Assembly (NCBI GenBank): GCA_002811645.1
Contig: PDIP01000100.1
Location: 1 to 37,124, forward strand
Length of the DNA: 37,124 nt
Direction of reading: 5' to 3'
Origin: Corallochytrium limacisporum Hawaii
Lineage: Eukaryota; Protista; Pluriformea
Below the pieces are notes generated by a model. It was given only the letters and a program-made list of their open reading frames with translations. It had not been told where the DNA came from and did no database searches. This document shows positions 10,947-22,680 of this stretch, piece after piece; the first letter of the stretch is position 1, and every line of letters starts with the position of its first letter. A program made the position numbers and the translations under genes.

Positions 10947-13900
10947 GGGGGCTGGGGAGGGGTCATGGGTGACCGAGACAGGACCCATGAGAAAATTAAA
11001 AAATCGGAGAAGAGAAAAAAAGTTCGAAGAGAGCAAGCAGAACAGAGAGACAGACCGGGAAAGAAAACACTTTGTCCACCGGGCCAGTGCAACAGTTTGG
11101 TCCCAGAGTGCGAGCAACACAGATCATTTCATCCAAGTGTTACTTTTTTTTCCCAGAGCAGGGTTTACTCGCGCTTATCTGCATTCTGCCAGCGACGCGT
11201 AAGCGAAGCCAATGAAGTAAGGTGAGGCTGAACAGTATGGTGGTTGGCGACAATAACCTTGATTGGCTATTGCCTTTCCTCCGTCAGCAATATGGCCTGA
11301 GTCTCTAGAACCTGTCATCGATAGAGCAAGCAGAAAGAGGAGAAGACGAAAACATGCTGCACATAGGTGGATTGCGTGAGGCACGGAGAGGTTCAAATAA
11401 GGCAGACATCATCGATCGTTTGCAACCCACGTACATTGTGCTATATCGAGCTTACAATAATTTTGCACTTCACACAACCCATAGAGACACACGGCCAACC
11501 CCTCCTACTTTGGCTGAATATCAATGCACGCCTGACGGCATGCATCAACCCCATTCATCCAACCATCATCAGGATGAGCAAGCAGGAGCAATGCGGAGCC
11601 AACGAAACAGCACAAGTATTCACGAGGAATGAGTGAGTGAGGAAAGGCTTTTAGTTCCGATGGTATCGGACACAGATCAAAGGGCCACACCCCACAGAAA
11701 ACCAAGCTCTCAATTTCTAACCTCTCGTTTCTCTTTGGCTTAATTTGGGAGGAATTTGCAATTGCTTTCCTCAGACAAGCCAGTTCAACGTTTTTCGACG
11801 AACACTCTCTCCTTGTCCGAAACTCCACAAACAAAGCCACTGAAAGCCTATGTGTTTTTGTTTCAGAACACATGGATTTACATGCATGCGCTACACGCTT
11901 CCAGACACTTTATTCAAAATGGAGAAATGACAAAACGTGCTTGGGGCTACTCGTTTCGTGCTCCAATGGCAATCCCAGTGTTTTGATTTGTTCCAACTTG
12001 TGACACTATTCAACGGACACGAGGTGCGTAGCCAATAACTGAGCCAAGTAAGTTGCATTCGCAAGCCAGACACTGCTTCTCTCTCGAATGGTAAGTATGG
12101 CAACAATGACCCGAACTATTTGCTCGGATCAAACCAGGTCAGTAACGACGTAGGTGGCGTCAAACATGATTAATCGTAGAAAGAGCGCCACGAACGGCGC
12201 AGCCTTCAGCTGTGCAAATGTCGAGGTGGAAGCGAAACGAGCACATTTCGTTCTCAAGAATGGTTTCTCCAGAATGGTCCGCAATGTGTCAATCTAGAAT
12301 TCAGCCTAACTGCAAAGCAAACCATTCTGAACGTCTCACTTCCGACATCAAACAGCCAACGACAAGACACATGGCATGCGTTGGTTTTTGTCTCTGAACA
12401 TTGGAAAAGAGGATGAACACATTCATCCAGCGTATTCCAGGGAGAAGAGCCTCATCAACTGAATACAAGCACACCTCAACGAATTTTAGATGTGTGCAGA
12501 AAGTTTCTGACACGTCGACGCGCACAATCCAAAGTAGGGAAAGACAGTGGGACAAATTTGGAAGGAAATACAAAACGCGCGAAACCCCGGAAGGTCCTCG
12601 GGGAAGGAGAGGGGAGTCGAGGCGAAGGGCGGGCGCGGGGACGTTCGTGGTTACTCATGCCTGCTCTCATTCTAAGTGTGGGGTCGCCATTGGACATAGA
12701 GGTGTTTCTAGAGCATTTTTTGCAACGGAGTGACAACCTTCAGCATTCTTTCACTTTTCTAGAAACCCCTGTGGGAACTTACAGAGACAAATTTACTGCG
12801 GGTCAGAAAAACTCGATCACTTATGCTGAACATACACAGTATTATCAGTGAATTTTGGGAATGAATCTGCAGCACCAGGGGAGGACCGGACAGAGTTTAT
12901 CGGAGAAATGCGGTAGTGCCTACAGGGAAGCCGAGCAGTGTTAGCGCCACACGAAAAAACACAGAAAAAAAAAGAAAAAAAGAAGAGAAGAGGAAAGAAT
13001 GAATGCCGGGACGAGGAAACGCCCCGGGGGAGGACCAGGGACATTGGGGGAAGGGGGGGTGGGGACGGGACGAGAAGAAGGGGTGCAAAGGGGGGAAGAA
13101 GAGAGGGAAGGGGGGAGGGGGAGGGGATTCCGTAGAATTTCATTGACCCACCCTTCTCTTCATCATCCCACCCGTACATCCACGCCGTTCGGACCCTGCG
13201 GGTTAATACTTAAATGTATACTGACTGTTACGCACTTTTCGCTAACAACATTTTTCCTTCGCTGTGCCGGTCTCCCGCTTCGTTTGACGAAAAAATGACC
13301 CGCCCACGATCATCCTGCTTTTCCCTCCCTGCGATCGCGAAAAATTCCCACCCTTTTTTGATAGGTGCTGCAGACTCGTATTCTTCCATATTTATACTTA
13401 ATATATTGAATATTTCGAGAACAGTTTATAGTCATCCTATTCTCAAGTGAGAAAATTCCCGTCGTCGGCCGTGAACAGTGTCCGATTTCGAATAAGTTGA
13501 CATATCTGAGAGGCAGAAGGTTGGAGGAGGTGCAACAAATGAGAAGTGGGAACTCGCGGACACGGACATGCCTTTCGTAACCCCTGATCTTGGTAACGTT
13601 AGTTCACCGTACTTAACCTACTATTCTTGTCCGCCTGCTGCAATGTTAACCATCTAAATGCCAAAATACTGGATCCCCTGTCCTGCTGGCAAGCGTTTGA
13701 ATTCGTTAGTTTCTAAATCGTGAAACCTCTCGTTGCAATGCATCAACAATCAACAACAAGAAACACAGCCCGGAATAACCGAGCGTGAATATAGAGATAA
13801 ACATACGGTTCTCCTTTTGTCTGCAGTGAAACAGAATGTGACGCTTAGATGACGATTGTGATGTCTGCGAAACAAAAAACGAGAGAGTCCATGGTGATGT

Positions 13901-16158
13901 ACACAAGCCATGCAGATTGGTTCTCCGACTTCATGACTGCTCCAGCACGAAGATGCTCAACTCACCTCACCAGTAATTTTGCGAATGGATGTGCTGGTGG
14001 GGCAGTGCTGGAGTTTGTCGAACGAGAAGAAGCCATGTAACGAAACCTCGCGGTTGTCCGGAAAGGAGTGTGCAGGGGCACTCGAGCAGTGATTAATTCA
14101 GTACAAATGCGATTTCGCAAAGTTTTGGGGCATCGCAGCACCGGAGGAACGGGGCGGCTTGACATGCATTTAATACAGTGAGCCACTCTCCACGTCTCCA
14201 GCCGTGCCTCCATACATCACTCAATGATATAGAGACCCACAAGAGGTTCCTTGCCCGCAGTTGGGTTAACCAGGAATTCACGGACAAAACAGGCAATCCC
14301 AATCGTGGAAGCAGAACTGGAGGAGCTAATCCTTGGTCCAAAATACCTGAACTTTTTGTCTCGTTTTCTCTGAGGAACAGGAAATCGAACATAGCATGAC
14401 GTGAAGGACAGAAGTTTTTGCAGCCACCGGCTAGTCTGACAAACATGCCACCCGGCATGTTTCTCCAAAACCTCTTGGAAATCGTGGAGAGACCAGCAGA
14501 CGGACAACACACCACCGTCATGCCAACCCCATTCGCTAGTTTGAAACAAACGGTCGGAACAGTCGCCGATGGAAGCTTTGGTAAGTTGAATTAGCATTTG
14601 TGTAAGCCGCTCTCTTCAATGGAATAAAGGCACGCGATTGTGCACACTGATGACGATGATGGCTGGCGATGATGATAGTGATTATACCTCGATGCTAACG
14701 ATGATGGACCATAGTACAACACAAGATGCGTGCAGGCAGCCCACAGAATGCACAGTTTCTGCTACAGAATTGCTGGAGAGACTGAAATAGAGAATGGAAG
14801 GACATCCACGAACCATAGGTCGTATGCACCACAGGGCACAACTTTTAGAAAGGAAAAAGAGACCAGACGAAGAGGGGAAGGGGACCAATCTGCTGAACCG
14901 GAGTGCGCGCCGCCTTAGGTATGGATGACCTCAGATACATGTGTTTCCGTTGACCCAAACATCCAGACAACATCACAATTCCAAGCACACTCATACACAC
15001 ACATGCGGTGCGGCACTAAAACACCTATGAGTCTTGAATGTCAACGAGCACCGTAAGACTCATGAACTCGCACATATTGTAAACGCAAGGTATGGACCAT
15101 CAGGCAGGCACGGCGTCTCGATGCTGTGCTGTGATGCCATTCGGCGTTCATCTCTTGCGCGTATTTTGCAACAAAAACTTGGCCGCGTCGCAATGTGGAT
15201 AGGAATTGTTTTACGCACAAGAGAGCGAATTCGACAGATAAAACCCACTCACCGTCATTTGACCACACGCAGTCACACAGAGACAGTGCGGACAACGCGA
15301 ATATAATACCACGTAGACACCGAATCCATGTCACAAGCAAACAAGGGATGAAGAAGAAGTGTTATACACTTCGTTGAAAACCCGGCACGGCATGATAGGC
15401 CATGCTACCAAGAACAGGTGGATGTGGTTCATCTTTTTCAATAGGAAGTTGTTGAAAGTTTGTGGTAGCGGATGATGTGCGATGGGAGTAACGATGAAGT
15501 GATGATCGACCGCGGCGGTAAGGTATGTATTAGGATGCGGACCTGCCCATTCCGAACACTATCCGCTGGCACAGAGCACATATCACCAATACCCCGCTCT
15601 TAGTCGGGAAGCGGCTGCGTGTGGTTGCAGAGAGAGCACGCGAGAGACACAAAGTTTGACATATGTACAACAAGACTTTGAGTTGCAATATTTGTGTTCT
15701 CCTTGCCCACCAACCTCTTGGTAACTCTTCCGCTAGCATAGTTAATACTTTATGGACCGCTGTTCTTGGTTTTTCTGTGTTGATTGACTTGGTGGTTGGT
15801 TTGGTACCTTTGCGGCTTTCCCCCGGGAGGGGGTGGGGGGGGGGGGTTTACAACATGCACAAAATCAAAGTTTGACGTGTATATGCGAGGCATAGGAGAG
15901 GAAGTAAGTCATGGATATGGTCCAAACATTCGTACATTCTTGTGTACTACCGCATACTTCCTTTCTTATGACTGATGCTGATGCTGGTGTGTGTGTACAT
16001 GCTGTTTCTGCGTTGCGCCCGCGTAGCATGGTGGTTCATGTTAACCAAAAGAGAATTCTGTTTATGAGTTATTTAGGTAACAACAAACAACAGACAAAAA
16101 GTGATATGTAGTTGGCACGATTACGAGGTTGGTCGCAGTGTTAGTGGTCGCAGGCGAA

Positions 16159-16218
16159 GGCAGTGGTGGCAGTGGTGGCAGTGACGGTGGTTGGACTGGT
16201 GATGGTGGTGGTGGTGGT
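16159..16218. repeat. Short GGCAGTGGT and (GGT)n low-complexity repeat
   Basis: ggcagtggt twice plus a partial third copy, then (ggt)5. Confidence 0.8.
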
Positions 16219-19178
16219 ATGTGGTAGGTGGTTAGGCGTATTGGGCCATGGCAATGCAACTTGAATGAATGAATATTCTGAGTTTGTCACGTCCAAGAAT
16301 TCATTCCTGTTCGGATCCCATCTTTGGCCCTGGTTTGAAAGATATCAGTCGAAGGGTGTGTGGGTGTGCGTTTTAGCGCTGCAAGCGGTTTCCAAGACGG
16401 ATGGGCTGGGATAGGATGTTTCGATGGAAAATTTCTGCGTGTGTCCTTGGAACATTTTGCATTAGAAGGTGACATGTAGCCGGGCGGACACTTTGGATCT
16501 CATGGTTCTGTGTCGAGCCCTCTTATTCACGAAGACGACGAGAGGAAGTGTGGAATACCGCCGAAGCGAAAACGCAAGAGAAAGTTTCCCTTGTGCACGA
16601 CCAACAATGTCTGGGGGTATAAGGCTACCACGGCACCAGGATGCGTTTAGTTTCTTATTTTTGCAGTTTGACGATATGGCAACGAAACACGCCCACTGCA
16701 CCAAATTGGAAAAGACTAAGCTCCTGCCTGACCACACGGGTGCGGGCAGTAACATGCTAAATTGGTTCACAAGCACAGACGCGAACGGGGGAAAACAGCT
16801 CCCGAATGAGATCCACGTTGTAACACAGAGAAATTCGATGGCGATGATGAACACAAACGATGATGATGATGATGATGCATTATTAACACATTCCTGGGCC
16901 ATATGCTATGCTGTTTGTGTGTATTTGTGTGCTCTGCTGTTATGCCGTATTGGCCATTTGTTCACCAGAACTCAGGAACCCTTGTGCTTCTCCATTCTTT
17001 GTGTGTTTTTATTCAAAGGTATAAGCATTTACATCATCGTTCCCTTGCACATGTTTGCTCATGATCATTAACAAAACCGAACACTATGACGATACTCTGT
17101 CCACTATAACAATAAAAAAAACTGTTGAAAAGATCCGCAAACCCAATGGCAACACCCACATTGCAGGTAAGGGTTTCGGTCTTTCGGTCGGTCAACTCAG
17201 TTCCCGTTGTAAGGGCTCGGTGAGGCGATCGCGTTTTCGAGAAGGATAGTGTAGGGAAGGGAGGGGTTGAGGGGGGGGGGGTTTTCCGGGACAGGAGGTG
17301 CCGCATAGCTGATGAGTTTCAGTCAGGCTAACGAAGATGTTTCCGTAAACTTTTACAGATCGTAAGAAAGCTGATCCAAGATCAAAGGCGGGAACGCCGC
17401 ATGGAGGATCAAAGAGGCAGGCAGTTCTGAGATGTTGTGAAAGATGACCATACTTCTGACCAAGAAGAAGCATCATCATCAAACAATTTTCAGGATAACC
17501 CAGAGGCTCCATTTGACGACACTGTGCGTCACAGACTTAGAGCCAGCTCGAGGAGAGCGGAGATGCAGCACAGGGGCCTCAGTAGTTACCAAAACCCCCT
17601 GAGATGCACCGGTAATTACGTATAGAGCTGTAGACCAAACTTGGGGGGCACCAGCAGGTCCGTAACCCCCCGTGACACTGTCGCTGCTATGGACGCTTCG
17701 ATCGGCCCACGGTCCCCCGAAATTCCAGTGTTTCGAAAGTGGTGTGTGGTACCTGCTAGGTCCTTGAGAGCACTTCAGCACTCACAGTTCGCGTAGAAAA
17801 GACGCACATTTGACAGTCATAGCAGGGTATTTCGCCAAATAAAAATGAAAATATCATTCACTCCGCACAAGTTGTTGGTGTGGAACACAAAGCTTGTTCC
17901 GGTGAATCGAACAGGTACCGGCTGTGAGTGTGTACTACGGGAAAGAAGCACAATGTGGACCCCGCCGACCGAATGGCCACCCAAGTGGGCCCGGAATCCC
18001 CGCAGACATGCACACGCCGGCTGATACGCGCGATTGGTTTGACGGCTATGCTCAGTGATCATGGTAAAAGTGAATACCGTTCTGGTCGTCTTTTCCATAC
18101 CGTCGTACCGCTCAGCTGATTTTGTTTCAAAGCTACCACCAAAACCTCGAGACGAGATTAGGTGAACAAGCTCGTAGAATGCCGGGAGCGATAGGGCCCG
18201 ATCGAAACCACACACACGTAAACTTATGGCCAAGCGACCCCATCCTGCCTTACACTCAGTACCAAAAGGTACCTCCGATCCAATGGGGGCGCGAGGAAGT
18301 ATCTGTCATAGGAGAATCCTTGTTTGGGCATCAATATGGCAGCACATGAGGAAACTACGCATTTTTATTAACCATGTTTACTCTTGATGCTTTGATCTCT
18401 TCCTCTCATCTTTGGCACGGTCGGGAAAAGTCCCGAAGGCACCACTTCCACATCACGTATACGGTAGAGAGACTATCACTTCCTTTGGCAGCAGAAACAG
18501 CCCTTCCTACTTTGCAATGCTACCACCGCCTGGTTCCATGTCGACGGTATGGAGAGATCACTTCTTCGCCCTTGCTCCCAAAGCCGTACTCCCCTCATTT
18601 CTTGAATGAAGAGGAACCACCGGGACGGCGTTTTAAAGATAGCCCTTCCGCTCCCAACTCCTAAACTCTCTATACCATCCATCCATAAACGCAGGTTGTC
18701 TGGCTCTACGTGTTTTGGTATGTGCACACCATGATGCCCTATGTCCACCTCTACTGGCTGCTGGTCGGCACGATGATGGCGATTAACGATGAAGCATGAA
18801 GGATCGGCATTGATTGGTTTGATGATGGATACATACACACACCTATGGATGCCCACTGCGGTGGGCAGTGGGACGGTTCTGAGAGTCTCACCCCCCCCTG
18901 TGTGTTCCGCTTCCTGCCCTTTCACTACCAACCCCCCCCCTTTCTCCCGCGACTGCTCTCCGTCCACACTGACCGCTTGCCCATTTATGTAGCTTTCGGG
19001 GTTAAATATTCCTTTTTCAGTTTGGGTTGGGGGGGGGGGCCTGTAGCTGCAGCATTCTTCCGCCTAAGAAAGTATGGGTGCGGAAGGGATGAAGGTTGGT
19101 CCCCGTGAGAAAATTCTGAGGCTCCCTGTGACTTGCTTGAATTCTTTTGGAGTGGAAACACCGTTGCCAGAACATGGA

Positions 19179-19262
19179 GAAAGAAAAAGAAAAAGACAAA
19201 GAAAAAGTAAAAAGTAAAAAGGAAAGAAAAAAAAAGAGAAAGAAAAAAGACGACAGAAAAGA
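19179..19262. repeat. A-rich purine tract with about 6-nt periodicity (GAAAAA-like)
   Basis: gaaaaa gaaaaa gacaaa gaaaaa gtaaaaa gtaaaaa ..., read directly. Confidence 0.8.
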
Positions 19263-19995
19263 ATACAACGAAAGAAGAACACCACCAGGAGAAGCTGCAC
19301 GGCTTCTGATTCTGCCTTTGCTCCCTTCTCTCTCTCTGTGCCCCTTTTCACCTTGGTCTCTGTTCCCCCATGCTCACCGCCACTCCACGATTCTGGAACC
19401 GAGTCCAAAGACGAAGAACGAAGAACGGGAACGGGAATGGGGGGACAGTTGGTAGTGGACCCATAGTGAAAGACCGGACTAATCTGCGAGAATCAGCAAA
19501 CGGGGAGCCGGAGAAACGGGAGACTGAGGAGAATTTGCGTCATGCGGGAAACTGAGAAAATCGCGAGACAGGAGAGACTATGATGACATAGCAGAATCAA
19601 GTTCGAAATCGATACCTATTCTTTAGCTTTGCAGGAGTTACAACGAGCTCGGAAGGGACCGTTCATTGATTTGCATTTCGTCTTTCTTTACTACATGATG
19701 ACCCCGTACGAATACGAAATATAGATTGGAGGGAGTCAAAAAAGGCTGAATCGGGTGGGAGGAGCGAGACGTAAGGCGTAACCTTGCATGGCGGTGCAGC
19801 GATACCGGTGGAGCATCCCCCGTTGCAGCCACGCATCTCTTGCGAACGTTATAGCATTGCAAGCACAAAGATGAACATATCTGCATACGAAACACTCTGA
19901 TCATGTCTAAATACACACAACTCAACAACTTGGAGAACCTGTGAGAACAATGAAGGTTATGATCACTGGCGTTCTAATATGATGACTGTGAGAGG

Positions 19996-22680
19996 CTAAT
20001 CTAAATGCTGATATACGGCATTGAACTCCACGATGCCACCCTCGTACTCCACAGGGAAGACAAGACGAATGAATCGGGTCTGTGTTTCCTTGTCAAAGCT
20101 CAGAGTGACCGCTGAATTGGGACCCTCTAGCTTCTCTGCGAAATGGTTATAGTAGTCGCCCAGGACAGTTACAGTATGGGGCAAATCGCGAAAGTCCGAA
20201 CCGTTGCGGCTGAGCCTGATGCCCTTGGCAATCGCCAGCCTTTCTTCGGGGGTCAGGGCTTGATCGAAGGCGATGCTGATGCCGACAATGTCCACAGGAT
20301 GCGCAAGATCGAGTGCAATATGGTCACCCTTTTCAAACTTCTTGTAGGGCGCCCAGGAAGTGTTTGTATCGCTGTCGATAGCATGATGGAATAGTAAATT
20401 TTCCTTGTACTCGGGGAAGATGGACCCACCCTGGACCTGAGTTTCCAAATTTGTGTCATTGTAGGCAATCTCCGAAACCAGCTGAGGTAGAATGTCCACG
20501 TTGGTGTGGAACAGGCACGCGGGCGTCTTGCTCTCGTCACACAGAGCCTTGGACGTGCGCTTGCGGAACTCAGCGCTTGCAAATCTGCGGGAGACAAGAG
20601 ACGTCATGGCTTCCTTCTGGCTCAAGACCTCATGCAGCTTACGTGCACAGTAAGCACGCACCTGGAGGTTCATATCCCGGTGTTCTATGCAGTCTGAACA
20701 ATTGTATGCAGAGCCGGTGTCCAGGCCTTCCTCGACCAACGGACCAACCAGTGTTATCGGGATCTCATTCTGCAGGATTGGGAAGCAAATATCAGCGTAC
20801 AACCGCATATCTTTGTCGAAATGGAGCTCATCCAACTGTCGGATGAATTTGCGAGCCATGTCCTTGCGAATAATGCTACCAACACCGTTCCATGCGCACC
20901 CTGAGTGCATACCGATGGTGTCGTCAAAAAAGGTCCATTTGTGATTAAGGTTGTAGGTGTTGCGGTCTGTTGCGTCTAGAATAATATCGCGGTTCTCGGA
21001 TAAGCGGTAGCTTTCCGCAAGCAAAGACTGCAGAAAGACAGGACGAAAGTCATCGTCCTGGATGTAGCAGACATTCGTCTTGGCCTGCGCACATGCGTGG
21101 AACTTAGCTTCCGTGAAAATATTCTTCTCCGCATTAATCACCCGCAGGTCGAGCATGAGTTGGCACTCAGCTGGACGGATCAGATCCCTAGACATGTCAA
21201 TCGGATTCTCTACATTGTTATTCCAGATTGTCACGTCCTTGATGAGGGGATTGTAACGGTTCTGCAGATCGCATAGGATGGTCGGTAGATTGTGCACGCG
21301 GTTGTAGCTAATCATGACCACGCTCACCTTCAACCTTGCAGCCATAGCCATGGAAGAAGAAATCAGTGCCAGCTGGGTTGCATCGTCGTCGCTGCTCTTC
21401 TCTGCATTGGGATCCTTCAGGTCCTCCCAGCGAGACGACATGTCGCTATGGGGGCTCTGCAGGGCGTGATCCATCCAAAGGAACTGGAAGTCAGGATGAT
21501 TTCCCATTAGTGTATTCGCGCATGCGTCCCTTTGATCGGCCCAGTCCTCAGCTTGGCTGAGGCCAGTTGCTTCCGCCTTAAAGTCCTGGACCGATATGAC
21601 TGGACGTCTGACCTGCACCGGTGGCATCTTGCCTATGCTCTGCACCACAATATTCATGAGCATATCGTCACAGTTGGTGACCTTATCGACGTATTCACGG
21701 TCCTTCTTGAAATTTTCGCTGGCATAGGCTTTGTTGTAGCGCTTCGAGTAGCAGCTCGCGCCGACCAGGATCATGTTGTACATGTCCGCGGCATTGCTCT
21801 CAGTGGCCGATGGTGATCCAGCACCATTGCCGACCCGAAAATCGTAGCGGTACTTTCCGTTCTCGTCCGGGCCAACGACACGCCTTGGTAGAAACCCAAT
21901 CAGCTGCTCCCGGCTGTGTCGCCACTGGGTATAAAGATAGTGGAGATCCGCGTGTTCCACGACCAAATCGTCATCCAGGAGAATGATAGCTTCCGTGGGT
22001 ACAATCGAGTCCGGGATCAGAAAGCGGTTGTTCATGCTGTTCTTCCCATTGCTCCAGATCTCCACGGCTAGTGTCTTAGCAGTATGATCATCCTCCGACT
22101 GCGGCTTAATCTTGGAACGGAGGTCGTCGATCGACGGTTCGGAGGTGCCGATAGCGTTCCAAACCAATATGACCTTCCTCAGGCAGGGCGTGGACGCATA
22201 GCGAGCGACAAAATCTGCTGCGAGCCACGGCCGGCCGTAGATCTGTGAAACTAGGGTAAATCCTTCGCCGCAACCTTCCTTCAGCGCTGACAGATTGAAG
22301 TCCCGCTCTACCGCTGCCATCTCCTTCTCAGAAATGCTTCCGGAGGGATCGACCACTACCACCGATGTTTCTTCCGGTACTGTGTAAGCTATCCAGCTTC
22401 CGTATACAATGTAATTGCATCCGACGATGATGACTAATACGACTACAGCGATGGTTAGCAACCTTTTGTGCAAGAAACGCTTACTTGCGCTCGCGTTTCG
22501 CGGTGACGCCTGAGCAACCAAACCCCGATGCTGCTTGATATGATCCATATCGTTGATGAGGCATTCATCATAGGAACCGTGTTCGCTACTGCTTGGGCTG
22601 GAGTTCATGTTGGTACCGAGCTCCACATGTTCCAGGCTCGTTGTCAAGTCCCGGCGGTGTAGTCCTCCTCGGTATACCAT
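19996..22680 (-). CDS. Type II membrane multidomain glycosyltransferase: GT64 (exostosin/EXTL2-like) domain, second GT-A-fold (GT2-like) domain, C-terminal F5/8 type C (discoidin/CBM32)-like domain; 894 aa
   Basis: ATG in caaccATGG context; one hydrophobic anchor at about aa 74-93 after basic residues. GT64 motifs at about aa 141-400: FTLV..Y.R, VILVWN, NSMNNRF, AIILLDDD, IGF.PR, YNMILVGA, YVD...NCDDMLMN, GLS....W..QR..C.N. Second domain at about aa 450-690: VSVVMISYNR..NL, TIWNN, CYIQDDD. C-terminal module at about aa 765-890: AIDSDTNTSW, HIALDL, TRFIRL. Confidence 0.9.
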   Translation of the reverse strand: MVYRGGLHRRDLTTSLEHVELGTNMNSSPSSSEHGSYDECLINDMDHIKQHRGLVAQASPRNASASKRFLHKRLLTIAVVVLVIIVGCNYIVYGSWIAYTVPEETSVVVVDPSGSISEKEMAAVERDFNLSALKEGCGEGFTLVSQIYGRPWLAADFVARYASTPCLRKVILVWNAIGTSEPSIDDLRSKIKPQSEDDHTAKTLAVEIWSNGKNSMNNRFLIPDSIVPTEAIILLDDDLVVEHADLHYLYTQWRHSREQLIGFLPRRVVGPDENGKYRYDFRVGNGAGSPSATESNAADMYNMILVGASCYSKRYNKAYASENFKKDREYVDKVTNCDDMLMNIVVQSIGKMPPVQVRRPVISVQDFKAEATGLSQAEDWADQRDACANTLMGNHPDFQFLWMDHALQSPHSDMSSRWEDLKDPNAEKSSDDDATQLALISSSMAMAARLKVSVVMISYNRVHNLPTILCDLQNRYNPLIKDVTIWNNNVENPIDMSRDLIRPAECQLMLDLRVINAEKNIFTEAKFHACAQAKTNVCYIQDDDFRPVFLQSLLAESYRLSENRDIILDATDRNTYNLNHKWTFFDDTIGMHSGCAWNGVGSIIRKDMARKFIRQLDELHFDKDMRLYADICFPILQNEIPITLVGPLVEEGLDTGSAYNCSDCIEHRDMNLQVRAYCARKLHEVLSQKEAMTSLVSRRFASAEFRKRTSKALCDESKTPACLFHTNVDILPQLVSEIAYNDTNLETQVQGGSIFPEYKENLLFHHAIDSDTNTSWAPYKKFEKGDHIALDLAHPVDIVGISIAFDQALTPEERLAIAKGIRLSRNGSDFRDLPHTVTVLGDYYNHFAEKLEGPNSAVTLSFDKETQTRFIRLVFPVEYEGGIVEFNAVYQHLD

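Noticed and set aside
10151-11120. Long ORFs with HTHT or CVCV repeats and X runs
   Set aside because: Produced by the (TG)n microsatellite, G/C runs and the N gap.
11354-11632. ORF containing GSNKADIIDRL, similar to the end of a SAP domain
   Set aside because: The first SAP helix is missing and the remainder is not protein-like.
13962-14597. Two in-frame - strand ORFs separated by one TGA, with a WD40-like HDGGVLSVCWS
   Set aside because: Single isolated motif, no repeat structure, and no evidence for readthrough or a SECIS element.
16469-17071. 200-aa + strand ORF
   Set aside because: GTG start, includes a (GAT)n microsatellite, no recognisable domain.
17309-17340. CTGATGA-stem-GAAG hammerhead-like core
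   Set aside because: GAAG instead of GAAA, and no stem I or III partners found.
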